Positions 39,536 through 52,091 of a stretch of DNA of 64,000 bases are shown in pieces (the stretch's first letter is position 1; each line of letters opens with the position of its first letter). The notes below the pieces were generated by a model. The model saw nothing but the letters and a program-made list of their open reading frames with translations, was not told the origin of the DNA and did no database searches. Source of the stretch: Octopus sinensis (lineage: Eukaryota). The position numbers were made by a program, and so were the translations under genes. The stretch lies in the NCBI RefSeq assembly GCF_006345805.1, contig NC_043000.1, positions 110,608,001-110,672,000 of the forward strand, in the 5' to 3' direction.

Positions 39536-40579
39536 AGGCGAAGGAAGAAGAATCATATGAATGCAAACTACCTTTGCCTCTCTTGCCGTTCCAATAATGA
39601 CATCTCCTCCTCGGAGTCGACTAAGTTCATACCGTACCCATTCAGGTGTTCCTATCTTCCTCTTATCATCCTTCCTGCGTCCAACACTCCAGGCCCTGAT
39701 CTAATCACTACACCCAATCTTTCCTTCCTTCCTTCCCCTAATCCCCCCCTCCCCGCTCATATCTTTCCTGCAAATCTTGTCTTACAAAAGACTCCAGAAG
39801 GAGATAAAGCTATAAATACTAGCGTGTATATATTGGGTTAAAAACCTTTTGAGTAGAAAAATTCGTATGACCCCCGTTGGACTAGAACAGATGACAGTAA
39901 ACGCATCCTTCGAAGAGGGGGCTGGGAAATCTATGACTACTCCTCTTTCCCCAACACCCAGTAGATAAAAAACAAACAAACAAAAATCACAACTCTAACT
40001 GTGAAACTCGAAGGAGATAAAGCTATAAATACTAGCGTGTATATATTGGGTTAAAAACCTTTTGAGTAGAAAAATTCGTATGACCCCCGTTGGACTAGAA
40101 CCCGCATCATTTGTAAACATGATAGACGTTCAGCCATTTGACCAAAGCACTCGACATTACACCACTGAATTGTATGCTGCTTATATCATAAGAAATTGTA
40201 ACGGTTGAACTCGTAAAACTGTCAATAATATTGGTTTGGAAACCCTTTGGATTGGAAAAGTAAAATGTATGGTGGGTATTTGTCAGTAGGAGACACCACT
40301 GTTGTTGTTATGTACGACAAGCTTCGATACAGTTTCCGGTTACCAAGTTCACTCACAAAGGCATTAATTGGCCCGGGGCTATAGTAGAAGACACTTGTCC
40401 AAGGTGTCACGCAGTAGGACTGAACTCGGAACCATGTGGTTGCAAAGCAAGCTTCTTAACCACACAGCCATGCATGTGTGTATGTCCGAAACAAAGAATG
40501 GAAGAAAAAAAGGACGATGGGATGATCACTGCTGGAACGTCTTTCGATCATAGGTCTACTTAATCCGAGTTAACGTGGA

Positions 40580-40632
<53 letters not shown>

Positions 40633-41527
40633 GCAGCAGCAGCAACAACAGCCGCAACAAGAACTACAATACCCAATAGCAGGCTTTCAGTTTATATGTT
40701 TAAACCTACACTTTTGTTTTTCAGTTAAAATTGGGGCAATTCACCAAATCGTAATATCGTATTGACCAAAGGAATATCTTATCTAAACTTGGAAACTTGA
40801 AATCTTGGGAAAATTTCCAAACTTCATAAATTTCCATTGTTGGAACCGATAAAGATCTGAAAAAATCATTGGTAGAGATTTTAAGATTGATGGCTTTTTC
40901 CGTTAGAATTCAATACTCCTTCGTTTATAACATGGCTTCTTGGCAATCTGCCAATTGCAACAGATATTCTAAATCCAAGTTGCCAAACACAACAGACAAT
41001 AGACATCCAATAATAAAGAATTGTTTAAAGACACACGAAGACTCGAGAGTTGGACTTACTTCTCTGCGCAGAAGAAAATCAATCTTTCACAAAGCGTTAG
41101 GTGATGTGTTAGCACTCATAATAGTATTTCGGCGACTTCGTTTGGAAGTTTCGAGAAAACCGGTCCATTGGTGAGTATATTTAGACACCGGAAGTAGAAA
41201 CAGTTATTGATTGATTGATTGATTAATTGATTAATTAATTAAATTTATTAATTAAATTTATACGTCTGTTGGTCAATAATAGCGTCCGTGGTTAAAGCTA
41301 TCCAACGGATTAAGCATATGTTCATGGTGATGATGATAGCGGCAAGTGAGACAAAGGACTCATCTCTGCCAGGCGGAAGAAATAGGACAAAATACTTTTG
41401 GTTGAAAGCACCGGTTTGTCAGTTTTCATACCTTTGTCTACTGCATCTTACTTCAATCTACATACAAACACGGACTTTTCCGTGTAATTTAATTTCATAT
41501 ATAAATATATGTATATGTATGTGTGTG

Positions 41528-41618
<91 letters not shown>

Positions 41619-42329
41619 GGAATATAATGAGATAAATATAGTGGGCTTTTTCTGAAAAGTTAAGTAACGTGAAATTCTAGAAATCTAGGATAAGAATTTG
41701 AACAAGACAAAATATATCCACACTGTTCTTTTATTATAGAAGACTCTAAGGCTGGAATGGTTGCACTTTAGTGCTCTGTTTGTTAGAATTTTGGCGCGAA
41801 TGTAATAGAGACGTCTTAACGTAAGCAGACGACAGACGGCAACTACATACAACTATGTCAGCAGAGAGATTTGATTTCCAATGTTGACTATTGAACTTCC
41901 CTCGGTTTGTTGCTCGCGGGAATTATTCATTTATGATAACAACAACTAAAACAACAACAACAACAACAACAACAACAATAATAATAATAAATGGTGATGA
42001 TGATGAAGATGGTGATGGTGGTGCAGAAACAGAATCTTTTGCAATTTTTTTCTCTTTGCATCGATTAGTTTCAGCGTAAATATGTATTTCTGACTGGAAC
42101 ACAGACATTCCAAAAACTCTTAATATCTTTTTCGCATCCAAAGCATTCCATCATCCCCAAATTCAAAGGATACCTCTGTAGATGGTACTATGTCAAGCAT
42201 TTTCACATCCCAAAGCGAAGCCGATTCTTTTCAACCATTTTGCTATTTCTTAATCCTGGTGGTCCTTCAAGCGGAACTTCCCGTTGAAAGAGTCTCCTCA
42301 TTTACTGCCCGCTTTCAACACAACTCCAC

Positions 42330-42665
42330 ACATGATAGAACTGGTCCTCCGTCGGTTACGACGGTGAGGGTTGCAGTTGATCCGATCAACGGAACAGTCT
42401 GCCTGTGAAATCAACGTGCATGTGGCTGAGTACTCCACAGACACATGCACCCTTAATGTAGTTCTCAGGGAGATTCAGCGTGACACAGAATATGACAAGG
42501 CCGACCCTTTGAATACCGGGTATAACTCACTTTTGCCAACTGAGTGTATTACAGTAACGTGAAATAAAGTCTCTTGCTCAAGGACACAACTCGCCGCCGG
42601 GAATCCAACTTTCGGCCTTACGACCGCGAGCCGAATGCCCTAAGGTGTACCACGCACCTTCACAG
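42330..42665 (-). mobile_element. Third-family tRNA-derived SINE
   Basis: tRNA-like head followed by GTGTCCTTGAGCAAGA.ACTTTATTTCACGTT, homologous to 26461-26570. Confidence 0.7.
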
Positions 42666-43315
42666 CAAACATTCGATCAACACTCACAGACTGAGCCCCC
42701 TCAATTCCACCAGCTTCACTAACAGCTACACTTACACACACCATATACATACTCTCACACGCACTCATCAAATGCGAAAGTACCTCGGGTTGTTTCAAAC
42801 CAACGAGGTCCTTAACTCACACGTTGAGTCCCAGAGCCAAATTCTTTAATTTCTACGTTTCTATTGGGATCTGACCCAAACTTGAGAAAAACGTTATTAA
42901 GGCCGATTTTGTTGTTAAAAGCCATAGACTACTCAAGCCACCTTTGGTCACTTATCTACGAAAAGCCTTAAGTAATGCACTCAATGGAATGCTGCTCCTC
43001 TCACATGTAGGGCGCTGCAGCTACAACTACACACGTTCGCCCTTCATATCTTTGGTTAGCAGCTTTACTCTTTGTGGGTCCTGAGGTGGCTTGTTTGGCC
43101 AATATGATGGCAGTAAACGAGCATCACCGTCATACAAGCGGTGTTGTCCGTTTTGTATATTCCACGAAAATATGTCAAGCTGCGGGGAAATATTACCTTG
43201 CTTGGAAGAAGTTGAGGGTTGGCGACAAGAAGAGCATCTAATCGGAGAAAATCTACCTCAACAAAATCCGTCTGATCCATGCAAGCATGGAACAACCGAC
43301 GTCAAACAGCGACGA

Positions 43316-43448
43316 CGCCGAGGTCGACTTTGCCTTTCATCCTTTCGGGGTCGATAAATTAAGTACCAGTTACGCACTGGGGTCGATCCCTTTGTCTGTC
43401 CTTGTTTGTCCCCTCTGTGTTTAGCCCCTTGTGGGTAGTAAAGAAATA
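43316..43448 (+). mobile_element. 5'-truncated dominant SINE
   Basis: Starts at CGCCGAGGTCGACTTTGCC and ends GGTAGTAAAGAAATAG. Confidence 0.85.
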
Positions 43449-43769
43449 GATATAGATGAAGAGAAGATGAGAAAGACAAACAACGGCTCGGGTAGACTTG
43501 AGTGGAGGTGATAGGAGAATCAGCGAGCCGAGAAGAGTAAAGGCTACTGTAGTAACAGCAAACAAGATTGAAAGAGGAGACAAGATGTCTGTGGAGAAGA
43601 GGATGGAGTGTGTTAGCAAGTTTGTGTTTGTCAGTCAGGTGGACTGGCTTTGGACGCGCGCGTGCGTAAAGGTGTACCATGCAGTACCTTGGGCATTCAG
43701 GAATTGTAGTTCTCGCTTCAGCTTTATAATAGGGCTGGTTATTAGAGCTCAAGTTTTAGCTGGAACCGA

Positions 43770-44120
43770 AAAGGAAAACTAGTTTTTGTAATGGGGTTCC
43801 TCTGAAGAATTTCTGGAGTAACATAACTCAACAGGGTGCCTCTCTTGGAGAAAAGGCAGTCGTTCCCAAGTCACACGGCTAATTCTCCACATTGGGGAGT
43901 CAAAGCTCCAGTTCTGTGGCCATGTGATGAGAATGTTGCAGGAAAGTATCGCAAGATGGATTCTTGAAGCTGAGACAACTGGCAGGAAACCGAGGAGTCG
44001 ACCAAGAACGAGATGGTTGGATGACATCCATCGTCTCACTTGGTCACGCTTGGGAATTTAGCGAGATGTAATGACTATTGCTACTGATAGGACCTTATGG
44101 ATGAGGGGCCTGAGGACTCT
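43770..44120 (+). mobile_element. RTE-clade LINE 3' fragment
   Basis: QFCGHVMRMLQESIARWILEAETTGRKPRSRPRTRWLDDI is a typical RTE C-terminus. Confidence 0.8.
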
Positions 44121-45677
44121 ATCTCCAGGCCCCTCTTAGGAATAATGGGTGGAAGAGGAGGGGATGGACGGAAGATGTGTATTGCCTAGAAACGATTCTT
44201 AGTGACGATAAGACTTCTAGCATTTGGAGAGACATTGGCAATTCTGTGTGTGTGTATGTGTGTGTGTGTGTGTGTGTGTTAATGATCTCATGATATGCGC
44301 ATAGCAATTAAGGTGTCGAGCTGGTAGAATCGTTAGTGAGATGAAGAAAATGCTTGGCGGCATTTCGTTCGTCTTCACGTTCTGAGTTCAAATCCCATTG
44401 TAATCGACTTTGTTTTACATCCTTTCAAGGTCGATAAATGAAGTACCAGTTGAACACTGGGGTCGATTTAATTGACTTATTCCTTCACCTCAATATCGCC
44501 GGACTCGTACCTGATTTTGAAACCGAGAAGTGTAAAGTGATTGTGTGTTTTTGCAGATGGCATGGCCGGATTGAAGGATGTGGTGCGAAATGTTTCCGCA
44601 GATTTCACGTGAGATGTCTAGGTTGCACGTGGAAAGTTAAGGAGAAGCGACGGGAAGAATGGCATGATCTATATAGAAGAGGGGAACCACAGAAATGGGA
44701 AATGGTCTACGGCACAAAAGAAATCACTTTACTTGTTAAAATAAAATTCGATGTGGTTTACATGATCGAAAATATAATTCCAAAACAAGGATCTGATCGA
44801 AGAGAGCAATTAAGAAAAGGAAGAGAAAACTTTCCAAATATAAATATAAAGTGGAAATATACAAAAAGAAACCGTTACTTTATGGCTTGTTATTGTTTAT
44901 ATTTTGAATTACGTATATATAGGGTCACCGAAATCTTTCAAGTGTTTAGGGCCTCTACGGTTCTTAATTCGGCCCTAGTTGAGATAAGCCACCAATGTTG
45001 ACAGACTTGGGGACCAGATAGCTCATTCAGCTGCTATTTCTGGTAACCCCAGTGACCACATAGTTGGCCTATGGTTCCCTCACAGCTCATTGAAGTGGCA
45101 GTAATAGGTTTGTTATAAACGATTAACGGAAACACGTGACAGTATGAAACTTCACATTTAATTAAACCCTTCCCCACCTATTTTCTTATTCCCCCACTTC
45201 TCTCTCTCTCTCTCTTTTCCTCTTTGTCCAAATCTCCCCTTTCTGTCTCTTTCTTTCCATTTATCTCCCCCTCTCTGTCTTTCTCTTGCTCTCTCACTCT
45301 CTCCCTCTGTTTTCTCTGAGGTTCTTTCTCACTTTCTTTCTGTTGCTCATCCCCTTTCTCTCAGTCCGTCTGTTGTTCTCCCCCTCCCTCCCCACCTACT
45401 GAACCCTTTCCTTCCTATTTCACTCTACAGGACCCTCATAACCATTCCATGTCTTTAAAAACAATCCTGTAGCATTTTTATAATCAAATATTGGTTGGAA
45501 TTGTATAAAAGTTTGTTAAAATATTCTGTGAATTGTACAAGGACAAGTTTGTTGCTCATACATTTTAACAACATCAAAATCTTATATGGACGTCCAAGGG
45601 ACATACGAACTCACAAGGGTCATACGGACCCCCACTTGAGAACCTCTGGTCTATAGGGATAAATATGTATTTATTTG

Positions 45678-45903
45678 TTTACTACCCACAAGGGGCTGAA
45701 CACAGAGGGGACAGACAAGGACAGACAAACGGATTAAGTCGATTATATCGACCCCAGTGCGTAGCTGGTACTTAATTTATCGACCCCGAAAGGATGAAAG
45801 GCAAAGTCGACTTCAGCGGAATTTGAACTCAGAACGTAACGGCAGACGAAATACGGCTACGCATTTCGCCCGGCGTGCTAACGTTTCTGCCAGCTCGCCG
45901 CCT
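45678..45903 (-). mobile_element. Dominant tRNA-derived SINE, full length
   Basis: Near-identical to 4053-4282. Confidence 0.9.
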
Positions 45904-46239
45904 CTAAATATGTATTACCCGTGTGTGTGTTGTTGTGATCTGTCAACGGCCACAAGCACTGTGCATGCTGTGCATGATCTTGTTTATTATTCTCGGAGAA
46001 TTATTTTCGAAGACATCAAGTTGGGGCTGTTGAGGCCTGTGGTGTTTTAGGACGGAACGTTGAACGGAATAATGTGGAAAGCGGGTGACGTTGGGGAGGG
46101 GGGGAGGGACAAAACAAAACAATATGTAGGTACATGTATCCATGTTCCCATACATACACGTGCGCGTGCGCACATGTATGTTGCTTATATAGAAAGTGAC
46201 AGGCAGACAAACAGATGGACGAAGATGAGGAGAGAGCTG

Positions 46240-46282
46240 CAGATAGATAGATAGATAGATAGATTGATTGATAGATAGATAG

Positions 46283-46343
<61 letters not shown>

Positions 46344-46571
46344 TGATAGATAGGTAGGTAGGTAGGTAGGTATGTAGGTATGTAGGTAGGTAGGTAGATA
46401 GACAGATTGATCGATAGATAGATAGATAGGTAGATAGATAGGTATGTATGTATGTATGTATGTATGTATGTATGTAGGTAGGTAGGTAGTAGGTAGGTAG
46501 GTAGGTAGATAAATAGATAGATTGATAGGTAGATAGATAGGTAGGTAGGTAGGTAGATAGATAGACAGATC

Positions 46572-46628
<57 letters not shown>

Positions 46629-46690
46629 GTACGTAGATAGATAGAGGGAGAAAGAGAGAGAAAAAATATAGATGGATAGATAGATAGATA
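46240..46690. repeat. Compound (GATA)n/(GGTA)n/(TATG)n microsatellite
   Basis: Direct reading; it is the source of the spurious 277- and 300-aa ORFs. Confidence 0.95.
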
Positions 46691-46783
46691 GATAAATAGG
46701 GAGATAGACATAAATAGATAAATTTGAAATTGTGATGAAAAAGACAAATACAAAAAATACTCACGCACATATACACAGGTATA

Positions 46784-46840
<57 letters not shown>

Positions 46841-47195
46841 CCCACACATGGCTGTAATGTTTAAGACAAAAGAACTCGTATGTGTGTATGTTTAAATGTG
46901 TTTTTATGTATAGACGTACAAATGTATGTATATATCGATGAAGGAGTGTGTGTGTATGTGTGAGTTGCATGTGCGTGTATGCATGTAAACATTTATTTAC
47001 ACAAACATACCAGTAATACCGTGTGCACACTATGTTCAGCAAATACACGAAGAATATGCCATTCGCTCTCTTCGGTCTTTGGGTTGGTACTGGTACTGCT
47101 TGCTATCGATCTACGTGGAGATCACAGCATACCCCGCTCCACACCTACACACATTTCTCTTGCTTGCAATGTACACAAATATTACCCGCTAACAA

Positions 47196-47244
47196 TATTT
47201 GTACCCATTTTGGGGTACTCTGTACCCCAAAATGGGTACAAATA
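47196..47244. repeat. Perfect 23-bp hairpin with a 3-nt loop
   Basis: TATTTGTACCCATTTTGGGGTAC-TCT-GTACCCCAAAATGGGTACAAATA. Confidence 0.95.
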
Positions 47245-47962
47245 CACATCTTTAAATAAACAGTATAAACACTTTGCTCTGGTACTCAAATACAGAGACT
47301 CAATTTTGATACACAAAGCTATGGTACACAAAACAATTACTCCCCACTGTGGTACACAAAGCAGGTACCCTACTATGTCACACAATACAGATACCCCGCT
47401 TTGATACACAATACAGTCAACCAGCTACGATACACACACACATTTATAAGTATTGCTTTAGTATAGAGTGTATACACCATATTCTCAGAGAAATATAGGC
47501 AACCGATATTATTTCATTTTGTTGGTGTCTAACTTTAATCAATTGTGTTAATAGAGGTATTCTACAGGTATCCACTTTGCATTCAGAATATGTATGCGTG
47601 TGTGTGTATGTGTGTCTGTATGTGTTTGTTGTATGTATACCTTGTTAAAGCACGGAATATATATACCCCGTTCTCCAATGTATACAGGTGATCGACATCA
47701 GTCTTCATCTTAAATACCCGGTACCCAACTCTAAGTTAATGTACGGTACTCAACAATTACAATACAAGTACCCTGCTGGGGTTCAGAATATTAATAGCTT
47801 GTTGTAGCACGTTATATGGCTAGCCAATTTTTTGTTCAAAATACAGGTAGTATGACACCTTTAACACACAATATTGTTACCTGGTTTCAGTTTGCAACGA
47901 TAAGAGAGACAAGCAGAGAGAAAGAAAGAAAGAAGAAATGAAGAGAAGAGAAAAACAAAAAG

Positions 47963-48507
47963 GCTAGCAATGCTCACCGTTAAGAATTGGAGTAAGTGAC
48001 GATGAGGAATCGTTGTTGACCAAGTTTGTCTTTAGATTCCAGTGAGTAGACATCTTCTGACCAGGTGGTATAATGTCGTCGGTTTGTGGTCAGAGCAGAC
48101 GGTAGAGGGGGAGGAGAGCAGCGTCGCAGCGGGAGAGAGCACGTGATGTTGTTCTCATCGTGTGTGTGAAGTTTGGTGCTGACCAAACTTCTTCAATAAG
48201 CAAGGAAGAGGAGAAGGAGGAGGAGATGTGCGGAGAAGTAGATGAAAAGAGAAGAGGAAGGGATTTTAAAGGGTACCTAGGAGGAATGTTTGTGAGTGAG
48301 AATAAATAAGAGACGAAGAGGGATGGGGTGGGGGAACGGTGTCAGTGACCAGGTTGCAGTTGGTGCGACGAAAAAGCGTAACACTGGATAATAAATTTTA
48401 AAGTAAAGTTAACAGTCTTTGTGGTTTTTGAATGGTAATGTCTCCGATGTTGTAATAGCTTTTGTGTCAACACGCAGACTCAGATCAAATCACCGGAATT
48501 TGTACAT

Positions 48508-48586
<79 letters not shown>

Positions 48587-48915
48587 AAGATAGGCAGACG
48601 GAGAAGTAGATGAAAAGAGAAAAGTTGAAAGTAAAAGAGTAGAAACAAGCGAACGCTAAGATGTTTGGCTGCTACGGGTACGATGATGGAACTATCGAGT
48701 CGTCCTCTCTAAGTGCCACGCTGAAGATGTACTGCATAAGGTAGTTGCATCGCTTTTTCTCTTCTTCGTTGTTATGGTAACGATTTCGCTTGTTGCAAGT
48801 GTCCTTTTTGGTGTTGCTTTTTCGATGCATCGGTTGCAGAGGGAAACGCACCGAAGAAGAAACGACGGTGCGAAGAATGGTAGCAGTTGGAGGAAGGATG
48901 TGAAGGGGTGGGAGG

Positions 48916-48959
<44 letters not shown>

Positions 48960-49056
48960 AAAGTGACTCTGTGTGTGTGTGTGTGTATATATGTATATAT
49001 ATTTATATTTGTGACTATCTTATACTACGCTCGTTTTAGCTTTCTCTAGCATACAT

Positions 49057-49125
<69 letters not shown>

Positions 49126-49246
49126 GATTACGATAGAGAGGAAGAGGTGGTGTAAGGCGACGGTGGAATCGGTGTAGTAGTTGTAAGAAAACCGCAAGAA
49201 TGCCGTAAGTGAAAGAGGAATAGTGATAGTAGTAGTAGTGGTAGTT

Positions 49247-49280
<34 letters not shown>

Positions 49281-49770
49281 GAGGAGGAGGAGGAGGAGGA
49301 GGAGGAAGCGGAGGAGGCAGAAGGCGAAGGGTGTTGGGTGTTAGGTGGGGGGATGTTGAAGCGATGCGAGACCGAAATAATGAAGAGATCTGCTAGAAAT
49401 AAGAAAACAAAGCCAGAATGAGGTGTATCGGGGTAGGTGGTTGGGTGGGGTGGGAGGAAAGAGTAGGAGCAGAATGATGGCAGGGCGGGATGGAGGAGTG
49501 GGGTGAGGGAGTAGAAGTAGGAGTAGCGGGAAGCGGTTGGTCGGGGTTGGTGGTGGTGGTGGAGTAGTAATAATAGGGTCGGGATAACACCGGTGTGTGA
49601 TGACAGGTAAAGGGAGAAGTAGCGGGGGGGAGGGGGAGTGGTGGAGGTAGGGAGCGGTTGAGATACAGAAGTGTTGTGGTGATGGTGACGGTGAAGATGT
49701 GGCGGGGTGCGGGGCTATAGTGTTATTTATCACAGTAGTAATAGTGATGGTGTTGGTGGAGGGAGTGTGC

Positions 49771-49810
<40 letters not shown>

Positions 49811-50075
49811 GGGGGAGCAAAAGAGAGAATGAGAGACACGGCAAGAAAGTGCTTGTGAGAGAGAGAGAGAATGAGAGAGAGAGAGAGAGAGAGAGGGAGA
49901 AGCGAGAGAGACATAGAGAGAATATGTGAGAGAGAAAGAGTGAGTGATAGAGAGAATGAAAGAAAGAGAACGTGAAAGGTCAAATGAAAGCGAGAGGGGG
50001 AGAGAGAGAAACAGGGGGAGATAAAGAGAGAATGAGAGACGGCAAGAAAGTGCATGTGAGAGAGAGAGAGAGAAT

Positions 50076-50110
<35 letters not shown>

Positions 50111-50346
50111 GGAGATGAAGGAAGAGGATAGCGAAAGTGAAACTGTTGAGTGTAGCGTGTGAGTAAAAGACTTCAAGGGGGAAGAGGGATAGGGAGAGGA
50201 AAGTGGATCGTTAGAGATGGTTGGGGTTTGGGTTTCAAATATAGGTCTCCCTCTCTCTACCTTCTAACACTTCTCTCTCTCTCTCTCTCTCTTCTCTCTC
50301 GTTCTCTGAGTAATAAGTTAGAGTAATAACGGTGAGCATTGCTAGC
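47963..50346. promoter_or_regulatory. Candidate promoter/5'-exon region bounded by a perfect 20-nt inverted repeat containing 5' splice-site motifs
   Basis: 47963-47982 is the reverse complement of 50327-50346 (TAACGGTGAGCATTGCTAGC). The + strand switches from GA-rich to CT-rich near 50245. A minus-strand acceptor-like TTGTTTTCTTATTTCTAG ends at 49393. Confidence 0.4.
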
Positions 50347-50436
50347 TAAGAATGCCTTTCCAATCAAGCAGCGTTCAACAATCTCCACTGACACACACAC
50401 ACACACACGTACACACACGCACACACACACACACAG

Positions 50437-50496
<60 letters not shown>

Positions 50497-50787
50497 AGAT
50501 GACGAAGCGAATCATTGATTTTTTTAATCACTTCAAACGCGTCTTGTAATTCTTTCCTGCGATTTTTGTCTCTTCTCTTCAAATGCCACGTTTAAAGCAG
50601 CAAAGTATCGCTTTGCCATTCTAATTGCGTAACACAGTGGGGGAGGCGGTGTGTGCGCGCGTGTGTGTGTGTGTGGATTCTGTATATAAGTATATATGTA
50701 TATGTATAAGCATTTGCATGTGAAATGTGTGTGAGTATGTGTGTGTGTGCATGAATATACATATATATATATACATATATATATATG

Positions 50788-50913
<126 letters not shown>

Positions 50914-50971
50914 GTATATATGTATGTATGTATAATAGTATGTATGTATATATATATATATATATATATAA

Positions 50972-51287
50972 AATAATAGTTATCGCCATACTAATATGGC
51001 ATTCTTATAAAAATAAGAAAAAAGCTGTCCGCTTATTAGCTCCATGAGGCCATCGCCTTAAGTTAGCTATTTGATACACAAACTGTATCCATATAACCTT
51101 CGAACAAGGGAGGTCAGTCGCTCCACACTACTTGACCGGCAGCTACAGACGCGTTTCGGGGTATTGCCCCTTTTCAATGCAGCGTAGCCAGCCAGTAGGT
51201 GTCGCTTCCGACAATCTCTGTTCGATGGTTTTATTTACCTAGTTTCGGTGGAATACATCCACTTGTTTTCAATAATAGAAATATTTC

Positions 51288-51290
<3 letters not shown>
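50972..51290 (-). mobile_element. ~300-bp hammerhead-bearing mini-element (retrozyme/PLE-derivative-like) inserted in (TA)n
   Basis: Unique sequence between (TA)n tracts; AATAATAG at 50972-50979 and 51271-51278; two TTGAAAA...CCGAAAC motifs on the - strand. Confidence 0.6.
51142..51183 (-). ncRNA. Type I minimal hammerhead ribozyme, U3-A8 core variant
   Basis: GCUGCA-UUGAAAA-GGGG-CAAUA-CCCC-GAAA-CGCG-UC-UGUAGC: stem I 6 bp (one G-U), stem II 4 G-C pairs, palindromic ACGCGU stem III, GUC cleavage triplet. Confidence 0.8.
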
Positions 51291-51322
<32 letters not shown>

Positions 51323-51330
51323 TATATATA

Positions 51331-51516
51331 TATTTCTTTACTGCCCGCAAGGGGATAAATATAGAGGGGACAAACAAGGACAGACAAACGGATTAAGTCG
51401 ATTACATCGACCCCAGTGCGAAACTGGCTCTTTATTTATCGACCCCGAAAGGATGAAAGGCAAAGTCGACCTCGGCGGAATTTGAACTCAGAACGTAACG
51501 ACAGACAAAATACCGC
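51331..51516 (-). mobile_element. Dominant SINE, 5'-truncated
   Basis: The tail reads CCCCTTGCGGGCAGTAAAGAAAT on the - strand. Confidence 0.88.
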
Positions 51517-51635
51517 TATTTATATATCTTTTATCTCTTACTTGTTTCAGTCATTAGACTGCGGCCATTCTGGGGCATCGCCTTGAAAGGTTAGCATTTA
51601 CACACATACATGCATACACACACACACACACACAT

Positions 51636-51706
<71 letters not shown>

Positions 51707-51716
51707 ATATATATAT

Positions 51717-52038
51717 AGGAAGGAAAAGAAAATAGAGATTGGGAAGATAATAACTATTTATTATTAACAACAAATCAGTCATCATCCCTTAGAGCTGTTT
51801 CGATTAAAACTCGTTGAATAAATTAAATATTAAAGTCATATGCCCTGAGCATATTTTCAGTGGGGAAAAATATACTTCCCTCGAAACGCTATAGAGCAAG
51901 CATAATAATTCAAAATTCCATCAACCACACGTATTAACGTATTCGCGCATATACATACATGTGCATATGTGCGTATATACGTATATGCGTTGATATGTGT
52001 GTAAGTATAATGTGAGTCTCTGTGTGTGTGTGTGTGTG

Positions 52039-52091
<53 letters not shown>

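Noticed and set aside
45943-46849. 300-aa and 277-aa ORFs
   Set aside because: Translations of (TATC)n/(TA)n microsatellites (YLSI repeats). The same applies to the long ORFs at 23111-23614, 54516-55421 and most YI/CV/HT-repeat ORFs.
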